Shown: positions 12,631 to 25,108 of the stretch, one piece after another
How positions within the stretch are numbered: the first letter of the stretch is position 1
Layout of the letters: every line of letters begins with the position of its first letter
From: Scyliorhinus canicula
Taxonomy: Eukaryota
NCBI RefSeq assembly: GCF_902713615.1
Contig: NC_052160.1
Coordinates: forward strand, 117,096,708 to 117,160,707
Length of the DNA: 64,000 nucleotides
Direction of reading: 5' to 3'
The notes under the pieces: model-generated
The model's database searches: none
The model's input: the letters and a program-made list of their open reading frames with translations, nothing else
What the model was told of the DNA's origin: nothing
Position numbers and translations under genes: made by a program

Positions 12631-14236
12631 AGTTCCAGCTTCCACCCCCCCCCTCAGGTGAGCGACTATGTGGTCAACAAATACTTTCCCCTTCATGAAT
12701 ATTATACAGAAAAAAAAACCTCACCCAGTGTGATTGAACAGTCTCTTTCTAGAAACCTGCCTTCATGCTTTATTGGAGATTCATTATTTTTCTCAATAAC
12801 CATTAAGCAACAAGTATGTATAGAAAGAATTAAATTTGAAGTAAACAATGGCCATGGGGTTTTAAATGGTGTACTGTGTCTATGTCAAATATTGTAGGCA
12901 AGGTGTGGTATTTATAACATACCATTGCTATCTGAAGTACTTCTGGCAGCAATAGTTGTGCGGCAATAGTTGTCAGGGATTTACGAGAACATGTATTTGA
13001 TTCAATAAGCTACTCATCTTAGCATATGACACCAAAGATGGTTTAGTCTGAGTGCCAGTGTCAGCAAGCCCTGTTCAGCCAATAGGCGCTTGCTTGCTTT
13101 TGGAGGCTTCTCATGTCTCTTGCCCTGAAATATTCAAAGGCAAAGAACTGATGGAAACATGAAAACCAGCTAACTGTTCCTACAGTTCTGGCCGCTTGCC
13201 TCTGCTAGACGCCAGTTGCTCATGTCAGCCAAAGCTCTGTTCAAACACAGAGAACAACGCACTGTCACAAGGTTTCTGTATCTCCACTTGTGGTTTTCGG
13301 GAGTCTTATCCCCAGAAACATGAAGCCAGCTGGTGATACGCACAAATTTGAGCTTCAACACCTTTGATAGCATCAGCGGAGACATTGCTGGAAATATTCC
13401 ACTTGTGTTTATTGTCTGTTTGCCTGAGGTCTCTCTAACATTGCCTGCTGTGCAGCGCCAATCTGCTTCATGACAGGGCTTAATTGGATAGTAGAATCAG
13501 CAGCTGCAGAAAATCCAGCTTACAGCGTGGTTTGCGAGGAAGTAAGTGATCGATGCATATGTTTGTATACATGAAGCATTCCCTGTTTAAAGGTCGGAAT
13601 CAGATAGTCATTTCACCGGGGCCAGGTTGCCATTTGGCAGTTATCAGACACCTCCTCTTGCCTTTCCACATGACAATTGGTTAATTCCTCCCCAAATGCT
13701 GCTGGCACCTTGCCTGTTTAAAGAGACAACGCATTGACTGTTGTCAGGCTTGTCACTGATCAGGTCCAGGTTGGCTGTACTCAAACTTCTTCTGGCTGAG
13801 CTGTAATGAGAAGTAAAGTTTATAAGATAAACCATGGTGTATGTGGCGCTTTTGGCAGGCGATACAGTCACTGTTCCACATTTGCCGAAAGGCATGACAC
13901 ACAGAAGGTTGACGATTATAATTCTATAAACTTGGAGTTAATTCGTCTCTTCCAGTATCTGCATCTCACCCTGTGGACCAAACACAATCACAATCCTGTT
14001 TACAGAAGGGTTATGGCTTCCTTACATATAGCACACTAAGAAAATCGCCCACCTTTAATTTATGGTGTCTAATTTCTATTATTTTATCGTAGTTGAAAAT
14101 CAGCAGGATCCACAAAAAATAACATGGTGAAGTAACTCCTCGAAGAGTATCTCTTGATAGTTTTGAACCTCATTACGTACCATAAACGAGGTCACCAATT
14201 TTAAAATTTTGGTTCGGATTTTAACTGGGTGATGTG

Positions 14237-14959
14237 GGGCGGAATTCTCCGACCACTCGCAGGGTCAGAGAATCGCCCAGTAAATCCCGCCCCCACCGTG
14301 GCAGGAATTCTCCGCCACCCGGGAATCGGCAGGAGTGGGAATCGCGCTGCGCCGATCGGCGTGCCCCCCGCGGCGATCGGCGGGCCCCCCGCGGCAATTC
14401 TCCGGCCCGCGATGGGCCGAAGTCCCGCCGCTGACAGGCCAATCCCGCCGACGTGGTTTCAACCACCTCTGGTGGCAGCGGGATTGACGGCGCGAGCGGG
14501 CCCCCACGGTCCTGGGCGGGGCGCGGGCCGATCGGACCCCGGGGGATGCCCCCACGGTGGGCTGGCCTGCGATCGGGGCCCACCGATTGGCGGGTGGGCC
14601 AGTGCCGTGGGGGCACTCTTTTTCTTCCGCCGCCGCCAAGGCCTCCACCATGGCGGAGGCGGAAGAGACCCCCCTACCGCGCATGCGCCGGTGGTGACGT
14701 CAGCGGCCGCTGATGCACCGGCGCATGCGCGAACCGGCGAAGGCCATTCGGCCAGCCTTGATGCCGGGTGGCGGGCGTCAAAGGCCATTGGCACCAGTTT
14801 TTAGCGGCAGTCGGCGTGGTGCCAACCACTCCGGCGCGGGCCTAGCCCCTAAAGGTGCGGAGAATTCCGCACCTTTGGGGAGGCCCGACGCCGGAGTGGT
14901 TGGCGCCACTCCACTACGCCGGGACCCCCCGCCCTGCCGGGTAGGGGAGAATCCCGCCC
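14237..14959. mobile_element. GC-rich Harbinger-type MITE (sister of 18566-19248, opposite orientation)
   Basis: TIRs GGGCGGAATTCTCC / GGAGAATCCCGCCC; collinear in reverse complement with 18566-19248. Confidence 0.88.
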
Positions 14960-15162
14960 CCGAAGTGTTTGCTAAAGACTGATAGAGAAGGCCCCAATAT
15001 TACAAGGGCTTATTGCTGTGGAGGGCCAAACAGATCCCATGACCCCCCCAGACACACCAATCCCAGTCTTTGAAAAAAATCAGCCATTGTTATGTTTTTA
15101 TATTGATTTCTGAGAAGCATCACTGAAGCTGCACCGAGCAATGTACAATGATCATGACAGCA

Positions 15163-15556
15163 TGGGGAGGCAGTAGCTTAGCAGTATTGCCACTGGACTA
15201 GTGCTCCAGAATGCCAGGGTAATTGTCTGGCGACCCAGGTTCAAATCTACCATGGCAGATGGTGAAATTTGAATTCCATAAAGAAAACTCTGGAACTAGA
15301 AAACAAAAGTCCAACGATGACCATGGAACCATTGTCGATTGCCGTAAAAACCCCTCTGGTTCACTAATGTTGTTTTGGGAAGGAAATCTGCCGTCCTTAC
15401 CTGGTCTGGCCTACATGTGACTCCAGATCCACAGCAATGTGTTTGACTCTTAAATGCCCTCTGAAATGGCCTAGCAAGCCACACAGTTCAAGGGCAATTA
15501 GGGATGGGCAATAAATGCTGGCCCAGCTAGCGACGCCGACATCCCATGAACGAATA
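15163..15556 (+). mobile_element. tRNA-derived SINE with LINE-derived tail (second abundant SINE family)
   Basis: Head with GGTTCAAATC B box; tail AAGGGCAATTAGGGATGGGCAATAAATGCTGGC...ACATCCCATGAA is shared with the LINE 3' ends at 46.8 and 61.3 kb. Confidence 0.85.
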
Positions 15557-16529
15557 TGATAGCATGACATCACCGTACTTAATACAGCTTCTTTAGTTTG
15601 TCAGTCTGCATGCTACCAAGCATCAATCCTGCAGGCACAACATTCACCATCTCTAACTCATATATTAGAGCTTAGGCCAGCACCTTACTTTGTATACTCT
15701 AGGTATATTAACCTATCATGTGCTTTATTAATTATTAGAGTCTAATAATTAATCAGGATGACATACTAAGACACTGACTGAGCTTTGTTGGTGTCACCTG
15801 GCGATTCGTTTTCTGGAAGAATCCATGATATTTTCCACAGCAGGCAGGATATCCACTTCCAACATAAATTCAGGAGATAGTGCTGTTCTGAGTTCATATT
15901 TAAAACTTGCACTATAATTTAAAATTAACTGGAAAACCATATTGTATTATGAACGTACAGTTGAGTTAAGATTTTTAAGGGGTCACTCACTGATGCAGAG
16001 CTTTGTTGAAGTGAAGTACTGGTTGGAGGTTGGACGATTTCACAGCCTTCCCAACTCTCTGCCTGCCGTGTCTGCATTCTCACTAAATAATACTCACCTC
16101 TGGGAATGCTGGATTGCTAAATATTTTTTTTCACAATCACTTCAACATACAGTCGCATCTTCAAACTTCCTCATGTGCAGCACATGCAGAGTGTTCCATT
16201 GTTTATCCAAGCAAACACAGTAGGCATTCGACACTAATAGCTTCTTACAAACAGCATCATTATAAATGACCATACGGTAAGATAATTCCAAATTGCTGTT
16301 TTTATATAATGTGAGAGTTGTATCTGTGCTGCTGTTCCCTGATGTGATGGTCACGCACAGCCAACTGCGTTTGTAAAGGTAAACCTGCTGACATATCTCA
16401 GCTTCAAAGAGCATTTATTTACCAGCCGTGCCTGCCAGCTCGGCCTTCACAAATCGGACTGTTAACATTTTAAGGTTTGTGGCTGGTTATGTGAAACCCA
16501 CTGAAGGCTCATAAACTGCCCAACAAGAT

Positions 16530-17190
16530 GCCCAGGATTTGCTGCTATTGCCAGGATGCCCCCAGGTCCAGGAGGCCATTTATGGAATGCATGTCACCCG
16601 CGAGCACCAGGACATCAGTTGTATCCTCTATTAATGGGCAGGGGTTCCACTCATTACATATTTAGATCATTTGCGACCATCAACTCAGAATCATGCACAT
16701 GTATGCCCGCTGCCCTGGGAGCATGCATGGCAGCTAAATCCTGGGGCACTCAGAGATCACCAGGATCTTTGAGAACCACCCCAAGATGATGGGTTGGCTC
16801 ATGATGGACAAGGGATACTCGCTGAGGACATGGCTGATGTCACTGGTGCAGAGCAAAGGCACCGAGGCAGAGAGCTGATAAAATAGGTCCACTTTGTTAC
16901 CCGAGTGGTGCACCGGGCTGCTGAAATTGCGGTTCCAGTGTCTGGACTGCTCTGGCAGTGCTCTGCAGTACACCCCCCCAGAGGGTCTCCCGCTTTCTGG
17001 TGCTCTGCTATGCCCTCCACAGTCTTGCAGAGCAGCGAGGCAACATGTTGGAAGTGGAGGAGGAAGCGATAGGACATGCAGTCTCATATGAGGAGGAGAA
17101 GGAGGCTGGCCAGGAGGAGCTGCAGGATGAGCCCGAGGAGGAGTCGGAGGATGGAGGACAGGCTGCGGCGAGGATCCAACATGCATGAAG
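16530..17190 (+). pseudogene. PIF/Harbinger DDE transposase (DDE_Tnp_4/HARBI1-like) C-terminal remnant
   Basis: Frameshifted motifs FAAIARMP.QVQEAI, GFHSLHI.IICDHQLRIMH...PGSMH, GWLMMDKGYSLRTWLM, GLLKLRFQCLDCSGSALQY, CYALHSLAEQRG plus acidic tail. Confidence 0.88.
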
Positions 17191-17592
17191 GACCGGGGGG
17201 GAGGGGGGCTCTCATCATCTCCAGATTCTCTGAGGATTAGGTTGTGTCCGTCAGCTCAACACCCCCCACCATTTCCTTCCCCCAATTTCCCTGCCCCTTT
17301 CCCACCCATTTCCCTCCCCCTCCCCTCCCATCGCACCTGCCCCCTTAACTCCACCCCCACATCGATCACTCTGTTCCCCCTTCTGTGTAACATCCATCCA
17401 GGGTGACAGCCATGTGTCAGAATTGTCAGTGGGTCATTATACAAGGCAGGAGAGTGATGACCACTCACTGTGAGGAAAGCTCTGATGCTCCTCACTTTCT
17501 GCTGACGTCCTCTAATTCTGCTGATAGTGTGCTCTCGCCAATCCTCTGAACGGGGTCTGCACCAAGGGCTTTTGATCTTGGACCACTGTGCT

Positions 17593-17629
<37 letters not shown>

Positions 17630-17959
17630 GGTGAGGGCAACAGGGCCTGGGGCGTGGCCAGGCTCGCTGTGAGAATGAACATATATGAGTGGAACATGTT
17701 TTAATAGTGAACATGTTACTGTGACAGATTCCATTCCCCCGAGTTACCCACCAGTGTCCACACAGCGCTCTTCACTCTTCTTGAGCTTTCATGGTCTAGT
17801 GCTAGGTCTAAGTGCCCTCCCCGGATGAACATCAGCCTGTTGTTTTCCGTGCCCTGTGGTCTTTGTTGACTTTGACAGACATCCTCCGGTGGGCCTAGGG
17901 CCGGAGGGTCAGAGTCATCTTATCAGCATCACCACCGTGCCACCCTGTTCTGCCTGCTT

Positions 17960-19350
17960 AAGATATGCCGGTGTCAGGGGGGGAGGGGGCGTTCAGACAA
18001 ACTGGAGACCACCGTTGTCTCCTTGGTGGCAGGCCCTGAGTTGACCTCCACGGCTTCCTGCTCGCTGCCGGTGCTTGCAGGGCCCTGGGGGACTCCATGG
18101 GATGGACGGACAGGTTGAGTTAGATCCAGAGGCCTCTGTGGCCACTGGCACTGCCAGTTCTGATGGCTCCACATTTTCTGCACTGGGGTGTTAACATCCT
18201 CAGCAGTGGTCCTCGGTGAGGGAGTCATGCTCTGCGGTGCCTCAGCAATGTCCAACTGTCCTCAGCGACTGGGACATGATGTCAAGACCCGCAGACATGA
18301 TCATCACAGACTGAGCCATGCCTTGGAAACCACCACTCAAGACGCAAAAGTTGCACTCCAGGTTTTCCACTGTAGTTGCCACCCCGGCAATGTTGTCCTC
18401 GGTGCCACACATTGTGGGCACCATCTCCTGGGTGAAGCCTTCGGGACTCCTCCAAGCAGTCTTGCAGTTGCTGAATTGTCGCTGACACCCCCTCATGAAT
18501 GTCACGGCTCTGCCTTATCATCTGCACCAGCTCCAAGATAACCTTGTCCAGAGGCTCGACCTCTGGGGCTGGATTCTCCCCTACCCGACGGGGCGGGGGG
18601 TCCCAGCGGGATGGAGTGGCGTGAACCACTCTGGCGCGGGCCTAGCCCCTCAAGGTTAGGGCTTGGCCCCTAAAGGTGGGGAAGTCTCCCCACTTTTAGG
18701 GGCCAAGCCCTAACCTTGAGGGGCTAGGCCCGCGCCGGAGTGGTTGGCGCCCTGCCGGCCGGCCGGAATGGCCTTTGGCGCCACGCCAGCCGGGGCCTAA
18801 GGGACCTTTCCGGCCGGTGGAAGTCTGCGCATGCGCCGGAGCGTCAACGGCTGCTGACGTCATCCCCGCGCATTCACAGGGGAGGGGGTCACTTCCGCCT
18901 CCGCCATCGTGAAGACTATGGCAAACGCGGAAGGAAAAGAGTGCCCCCACGGCACAGGCCCGCCCACCAATCGGTGGGCCCTGATCGCGGGCCAGGCCAC
19001 CGTGGGGGCACCCCCCGGGGCCAGATTGCCCCACGGTCCCGGCGTTAAGGTAGGTGGTTTGATTCACGCCGGCGGGACCGGCATGACAACGGCAGGACTT
19101 TGGCCCATCGCGGGCCGGAGAATCGCTGGGGGGGGGGCCCGCCGACAGACGCGGTGCAATTCCCGCCCCCGCCGGGGGACAGCAGAGGCAGGATTCACGC
19201 CGGCTCCCGGCGATTCTCCGACCCGGTGGGTGTCAGAGAATCCCGCCCCTGACTGGAACGTGGCTGTGTCCTGGGATCCAGCAGACCTCAGACTATTGAC
19301 TCCCTTGGATGTTCCTGCCTGCATCTAATGTGCATGAGCAACTGTGTGGT
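17960..19350 (-). pseudogene. C-terminal coiled-coil part of the Harbinger partner (Myb/SANT) ORF, convergent with the transposase and interrupted by a MITE
   Basis: Reads EVEPLDKVILELVQMIRQSRDIHEGVSATIQQLQDCLEESRRL..QEMVPTM...; the frame continues across the MITE; tail-to-tail layout with the transposase fits Harbinger. Confidence 0.6.
18566..19248. mobile_element. GC-rich Harbinger-type MITE
   Basis: TIRs GGGCTGGATTCTC / GAGAATCCCGCCC; 3-bp TSD CTG (18563-18565, 19249-19251). Confidence 0.92.
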
Positions 19351-19360
19351 GCTCAACAGA

Positions 19361-19442
19361 TAATAATAGTAATAATCGCTTATTGTCACAAGTAGGCTTC
19401 AATGAAGTTACTGTGAAAAGCCCCAAGTCGCCACATTCCAGC
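19361..19442 (-). mobile_element. Tail-only fragment of the (TAA)n-tailed V-SINE
   Basis: TAATAATCGCTTATTGTCACAAGTAGGCTT...CCACATTCCAGC matches the tails at 29.1, 47.6 and 61.55 kb. Confidence 0.75.
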
Positions 19443-19699
19443 CCACCAAACGGGCCCAAAACCAGGCAGAGGGTTTCTCCAGAAAGATTTTTAAGTGTGC
19501 TAGCGAGCAGAAATTATCGCGCAATTCTTGGCGCTTGACCCAGCGAGTCCGGCAACGTTATTCAACATTAATTGGCCACCTAACAAGGCCCCACGAGCTT
19601 TGCGACCCAAATGTCAGCTTACCAGATGATTAGCCGGGACCGCACACGCCAACCCGCCACTAACAAGGTTGCTCAGCCAACCCCAGCCAGCACGCAATT

Positions 19700-20352
19700 A
19701 TGGCGCTTAGGAGACCAGCCCCAAGATTCGGGGATGCTGACCTGGGGAGGTGCCTTGGTGCGGTGGAGGCCAGGAGGACTGTCCTGTTCCTCTAAGAATC
19801 CCAGAGGGTGAACCACAAGACAGCCAGTGCAGCCTGGGACGAGGTGGTGGCTGCAGTCAGCTCCGGGAGTGTGATCTGGATGACTGGCCTCCAGTGTCGT
19901 AAGAAGGTCAACGACCTACACCAGGCAGCACTAATGAGTAGACACCAATGCCCCCTACCCCCACAAGGGAGCATCCCCCCAGGCGACCCCAGCCGTCCCT
20001 CCATCCCCCTCCCCCTTCAGCACTCCCTCCACCCACCACTTTAACCCTCACTCTAACCCAATCCTACCTTCAGCCCCCCCCCCCCCCACCCCCCAACCCC
20101 CCACCCTCCTCCACAACTGTGGACCACGTGTGTGGCTAACGATAACATCTCTGTGTTTCCTCAGGAAAAGCTCTCCTATAATTGTTGGGAGATGGCACAG
20201 ACTGACGGAGGAGGGCCGGACTTGAGAATCCTCAAATTCTTCAAGGAGCATTGCGTGGAGATGACCGGGATGATGGTCGAGGACAGGGCGGTCACCAACG
20301 CAGAGGCCAGCAGATGCCTAGAAGTGGGGAACCACCGAAGGACCTATCAAAC
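19700..20352 (+). pseudogene. Harbinger Myb/SANT-like gene, exon 1 (19700-19933) and exon 2 (from 20165)
   Basis: MALRRPAPRFGDADLGRCLGAVEARRTVLF*...AAWDEVVAAVSSGSV...QCRKKVNDL; intron with CTAAC branch point and TTTCCTCAG acceptor; exon 2 reads EKLSYN...QTDGGGPDLRIL; premature stop and mutated donor (ATGAGT). Confidence 0.85.
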
Positions 20353-20367
20353 GTGAGTAGTGATTGC

Positions 20368-22965
20368 TGATGTGACCATCAATTCACTCGAGACACGATA
20401 GGAAGTAAACTGTGGCTTTAATAGACTTACAACTGAGCCTGCCTGCGACCAGAAGAACTGAGGGCAGACTCACAAGGCTGCAGCACATTATACTTCTGGT
20501 AGTGAGAGGGGCCATGGGCGGAACCATGGACGGAGCCAAGAGTGGAGCCCTGTACAAGCTCCTCATCTCCCCCTGTGGGCAGAGCCCCGCAATGGCTCAC
20601 AGACAGAGCCCACAAGGACACAATACTATACAGTGTGAATTACGCAATGTACATTCACCACATTCACCCCCTGTAAAAGAAATCAAGTCCGGCGGGGTTG
20701 ACGGGTCTACAGGTTGAGCCGGTCCGGTGGCCGAGTCATCCTTTGGGATCGACAGAGCACTGGGGTTGCAGCCTCTTCGGATAGCTGTGTGGTGACGGGC
20801 GGAGGGGGGCGGAGGGGGGCGCAGGAAACCTATAGGCGTGGGGGCGCAGGGCGTGGGGGGTCGGGTGGGGTGTAGTGTGAGGGGTATCTCGGCGGTGGTG
20901 GTGGTGGATCCTGCAGGTGCTAGGTCCCGGAGGGAAACGGTGCACTGACGGCCATCGGGGTGTTCTATAAAGGCGTAGTGTAGGTTCGAGTGTAGCAGTA
21001 GTACCCTTTCTACTAGTGGGTCCGTTTTATGTGTCCGAACGTGCTTCCGGAGGAGAACCGGGCCCGGTGTCCTCAACCAAGATGGGAGCGAAGCACCCGT
21101 GGTAGTGCCCCTAGCAAAAACAAATAATCGCTGATGAGGGGTCTGGTTAGTGGCAGTGCACAGCAGGGACCTAACTGCATGGAGCGCGTCGGGGAGTACC
21201 TCCTGCCAGTGGGAGGTCAGGAGATTCCTGGACCGTAGGGTCAGTAGGACGGTCTTCCAGACCATCGCGCTCTCTCTCTCCACCTGCCCGTTCCCCCTGG
21301 GGTTATAGCTGGTAGTCCTACTCGAGGCGATGCCCTTGTCGAGCAGCTCGTTGCTCATGAAGGATGAACCCCTGTCGCTGTGTACGTAGCTGGGGAAGCC
21401 AATCAGGGTGAAGAAACTGTGCAGGGCTCTGATGACTGTGTGGGAGGTCATATCAGGGCATGGGATAGCAAACGGGAAGTGGGAAAATTCGTCTATGATG
21501 TTGAGGAAGTACATATTTCGATTGGTCGAGGGGAGTGGCCCTTTGCTATCGATGCTCAGGCGTTCAAACGGCCGGGAAGCCTTTACCAAGTCGGCCTTGT
21601 CTGGTCTGTAGAAGTGTGGTTTGCACTCCGCGCAGATCGGGCAATCCCTGGTGATGGCTTTTACTTCCTCGGTGGAGAAAGGCAGATTGTAGGCCTTGAT
21701 GTAGTGAGCGAGCCGGGTGACCCCCGGGTGGCAGAGGTCGTTGTGGGTAGCCTGTAATCGGTCGTCTTGCGCGCTGGCGCATGTGCCACGAGACAGGGCA
21801 TCTGGGGGCTCGTTGAGCTTCCCCGACCGATATATGATGTCATAATTATAGGGGGAGAGTTCGATCCTCCACCTCAAGATTTTATCATTTTTTATTTTGC
21901 CCCTTTGCGAGTTGTCGAACATGAAGGCAACCGATCTCTGGTCGGTGATGAGGGTAAACCTCCTACCTGTGAGGTAGTGCCTCCAGTGCCGTACTGAGGA
22001 GTGTCGAAGTTCTGAAGCGGAGAGGGTTCGGGAGAAGAAAGGTACTGGTCTCCCTGCCTGGTTCAGAGTGGCGGCGCGAGCGACCTCTGAGGCATCGCTC
22101 TCCACCTGGAAGGGGAAGGATTCAACCACCGCCCGCATGGCAGCTTTGGCGATGTCATCCTTGATGCAGTTGAAGGCCTGGCAGGCCTCTGCTGACAGTG
22201 GGAAGAGTGTGGTCTTAAATAGTGGGCGGGCTTTGTCCGCATACTGGGGGACCCACTGGGCGTAATAAGAGAAGAATCCCAGGCACCTCTTGAGGGCCCT
22301 GGGACAATGAGGGAGAGGGAGCTGTAAGAGTCCTGCATACGGTCCGGGTCGGGGCCCAGGACTCCGTTTTCCACGACATAACCGAGGATGGCTAGTCTGG
22401 TAGTGCGGAAAACACATTTCTCCTTATTGTAGGTGAGATTGAGTTTCTGGGCGGTACGAAGAAATCGGTGGAGGTTGGGATCGTGGTCCTGCTGGTCATG
22501 GCTGCACATGGTGACGTTATCCATTTACGGAAACGTGGGCCGCAGCCCGTACTGGTCCACCATTCGGTCAATCGCTCGTCAGAATACCGAAACCCCATTC
22601 GTGACGCCAAAGGGGACCCGGAGGAAATGGAAGATGTGGCCATCTGCCTCGAACGCCATGTAGTGGCGGTCCTCCGGGCGGATTGGGAGCTGGTGGTATG
22701 CAGACTTCAGATCCACAGTGGAGAATATGCGGTACTGGGCGATCTGGTTGACCATGTCTGCAATTCTGGGGAGGGGGTACGCATCGAGGTGCGTGAACCG
22801 GTTAATGGTTTGGCTGTAATCAACCACCGTCCGGAACTTTTCCCCAGTCTTGACGACCACCACCTGAGCTCTCCAGGGGCTATTACTGGCCTCTATGACT
22901 CTCTCACGAAGGAGCTGCTGGACTTCGGCTCTAATGAATATCCTGTCCTGCAGGCTATAACGCCT
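20368..22965 (-). mobile_element. 5'-truncated Ty3/Gypsy LTR retrotransposon (3' LTR 20368-20662)
   Basis: PPT AGGGGGTGAA directly before an LTR starting TGTGGTG and ending CATCA on the minus strand; RT-RH-IN domain order. Confidence 0.92.
20700..22965 (-). pseudogene. pol: Gypsy pol (RT, RNase H, integrase), frameshifted
   Basis: YPLPRI, DLKSAYHQL, VPFGVTNG (RT); ESDASE, TDQRSV (RH); HNDLCHPG...CPIC, SIDSKG, HSDRGSSF, NGQVER (IN); includes the 606-aa ORF 20597-22417. Confidence 0.93.
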
Positions 22966-23115
22966 GCTGTTCCTCCATCAGAGGAAATAGTTCACCTGGA
23001 AGTATGGAATCAGATTCTTTAACATTTTAAACACCTCAGTCAAATCAACCGTACAATACCTCTACACTCAAGGGGCTCATCACAATAAAGTTAGAAACTT
23101 ACGGTCAGAAACACT

Positions 23116-23313
23116 GGGCAGGATTTTCCGTCTCCCCCCCGCCGTGATGTTTTTTGCCGAGGCGGCCCACTATTGGCTACTTGGGGAATCTTCCAGTCCC
23201 GCCGCTGTCAACGGGGTTTCCTGTTAATCACAACCTCCACCATTGGGGAATCCATGGCAGGGAGGCGCCATCGGCGGGACCAGAATATCCCGCTGTCAGG
23301 AATGATCCCACCC
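23116..23313. mobile_element. Short Harbinger-type MITE
   Basis: Starts GGGCAGGATTTTCC; internal GTCAACGGGGTTTCC similar to the 26069 and 36754 elements; right TIR decayed. Confidence 0.6.
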
Positions 23314-23419
23314 CGTATTACCATGGCCTCATATATTATGAACTTTCAATGTTTTTATAATATTGGACACAAACGATCTGTTAAAATGCCCACTGCAAAT
23401 CACGTGACTTTTTATTGTC

Positions 23420-24291
23420 TTGATACCTAATTGCATTTGGACATTCACAGACAGCTGGGAAATTCAGACATCCCTTCGTTTAAGGTTGGGCCATCAACAA
23501 AGAACTATAACATTCAAGAGACTCATCTTTCGGTTTCACCATGGACAAATGAAACATCGACGCTCAATGTGTGTTGGATGAATGTGAAAAGGATCCCATC
23601 GTCCTTGCATTGCACTATAATGACCTGCATTCAAACTAAACAGGATGAATTTCAAAGTGTCTAACAACAACACAGGGTGAGCAACATGCCACCTTGCTTT
23701 GGACAAAGAATTTTGAATGTACAAGTCAAATGATAAGCACAGCCACATTTTCTGTCCACCTTTAGAAACAGCCAAAAATTTCTTGCAGAGACAGCGTTCC
23801 ATCCGTGTCCATCAGAAAAGCCTTGAACGATCTGCAAGTAAACTACACAGCCATGGTTATAAACAGCAATACCTTGAAACTAGGAGAAGGTCTCTCCCCA
23901 ACCTGTTCCAACTTCAAGCTCACCTCAGAACGAACCGCTTGGAACTTAACTTGCTGAGAATCCTCTGCTTACAAGATTTGCACTTCAACTGAAAGCATCA
24001 ACTAATCTAAGAAACAACATGCCTGCCATGAATGTGAGGCAATTATACTTTGTAATCATATTTTTTTTTCTTTATCTGTATCTACTCTGTGTGTGAGTGC
24101 TGGTTTATGTGAGGTTTCAAACAACTGGGGCAAGTGTGGGGTAATAAATAACCGTCTTTATTCTGAAACTCACTAAAAAAGCTTGCTGCTGGAATTATTT
24201 AAATTGGGACCTCACCCTGAGGGTAAGAAAATACACACACCTCACACATTGATCACGGGCAGTAAGAAACACATAAATTCTGTCAGTGACA
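23420..24291 (+). mobile_element. Possible solo LTR
   Basis: AATAAA followed by a U5-like stretch ending GTGACA; left end and TSD not resolved. Confidence 0.3.
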
Positions 24292-25108
24292 CTATTATAA
24301 ATATGCCAGAATGATGAAATGGTTACATTTATATCAAGCACAATGATACATAGATTACATATATGTTGAAGTTATACTAAATTTCATAGCTGGATGCACT
24401 CATCAGACCTTTTTGCCCTTACCCAACAGTGGGAAATAAAAAAAAAATAAGGCTTATGAACAGGCTTAATACATCACTAGACCTGTTAATATTCTTCTCG
24501 CCAATGTCAGACGTGTTGTTTTCTCATCCTCTAGAGACTTTTATATGTGCTGACATGAAGTTGCAAGTTTCCAAGCAAGCTAATTTATCTGCATTCCAAT
24601 AACAAGCCAGCAGAAGCAATAAGCAGTGGGAAAGTGTGCTTATAGTGCAATATAGTGGAACAATCAGCCCAGGAGATGGACAAGAATTGATTTACTGAAA
24701 TAAGGAGGCGAGGCAGAGGTTTCAATGTTTTTATTTCTTATATTTTGGTTGATGCGGTGTATATTTATTTTGCGACAGTTAGAACTAATGTCCTAAAATA
24801 TCATTTTATCAGATAACACTGTGGCCTGTTCGCTTCACTGATGTTACTCAACAGAATAAGTCAACAGGCCGAGTACTGAACAAAATCATTTAGGTTCCAC
24901 AGAACTGACATGCACGGTGTAAATTTATCACTCCAGGATAAGACTCCACAATGATCTCAATGCACACCTCAAAAAAACATGATATGTGTGCCGTTTATCA
25001 AAAGTAAGCACTGATGGGGATTGCACTACTTTGGTGACTTCGCTGAATTACTTACGTAGGCTCGTTTAGAGTTAGGGAACATTGAGATGGAAATTAGTCT
25101 GTTCATGT

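Noticed and set aside
17596-17628. Long poly-G/C runs (also 1729, 8630, 49230) as G-quadruplex elements
   Set aside because: Mostly homopolymer expansions within transposons; lengths may be sequencing-dependent.
8159-19328. Long GC-rich ORFs (e.g. 8159-8710, 9626-10108, 14229-14804, 18909-19328)
   Set aside because: They lie within MITEs, are open in many frames because of GC content, and give low-complexity G/P/R/A translations.
16530-20352. Host HARBI1/NAIF1-type domesticated genes
   Set aside because: Stops, frameshifts, a mutated splice donor and nested insertions indicate dead transposon copies.
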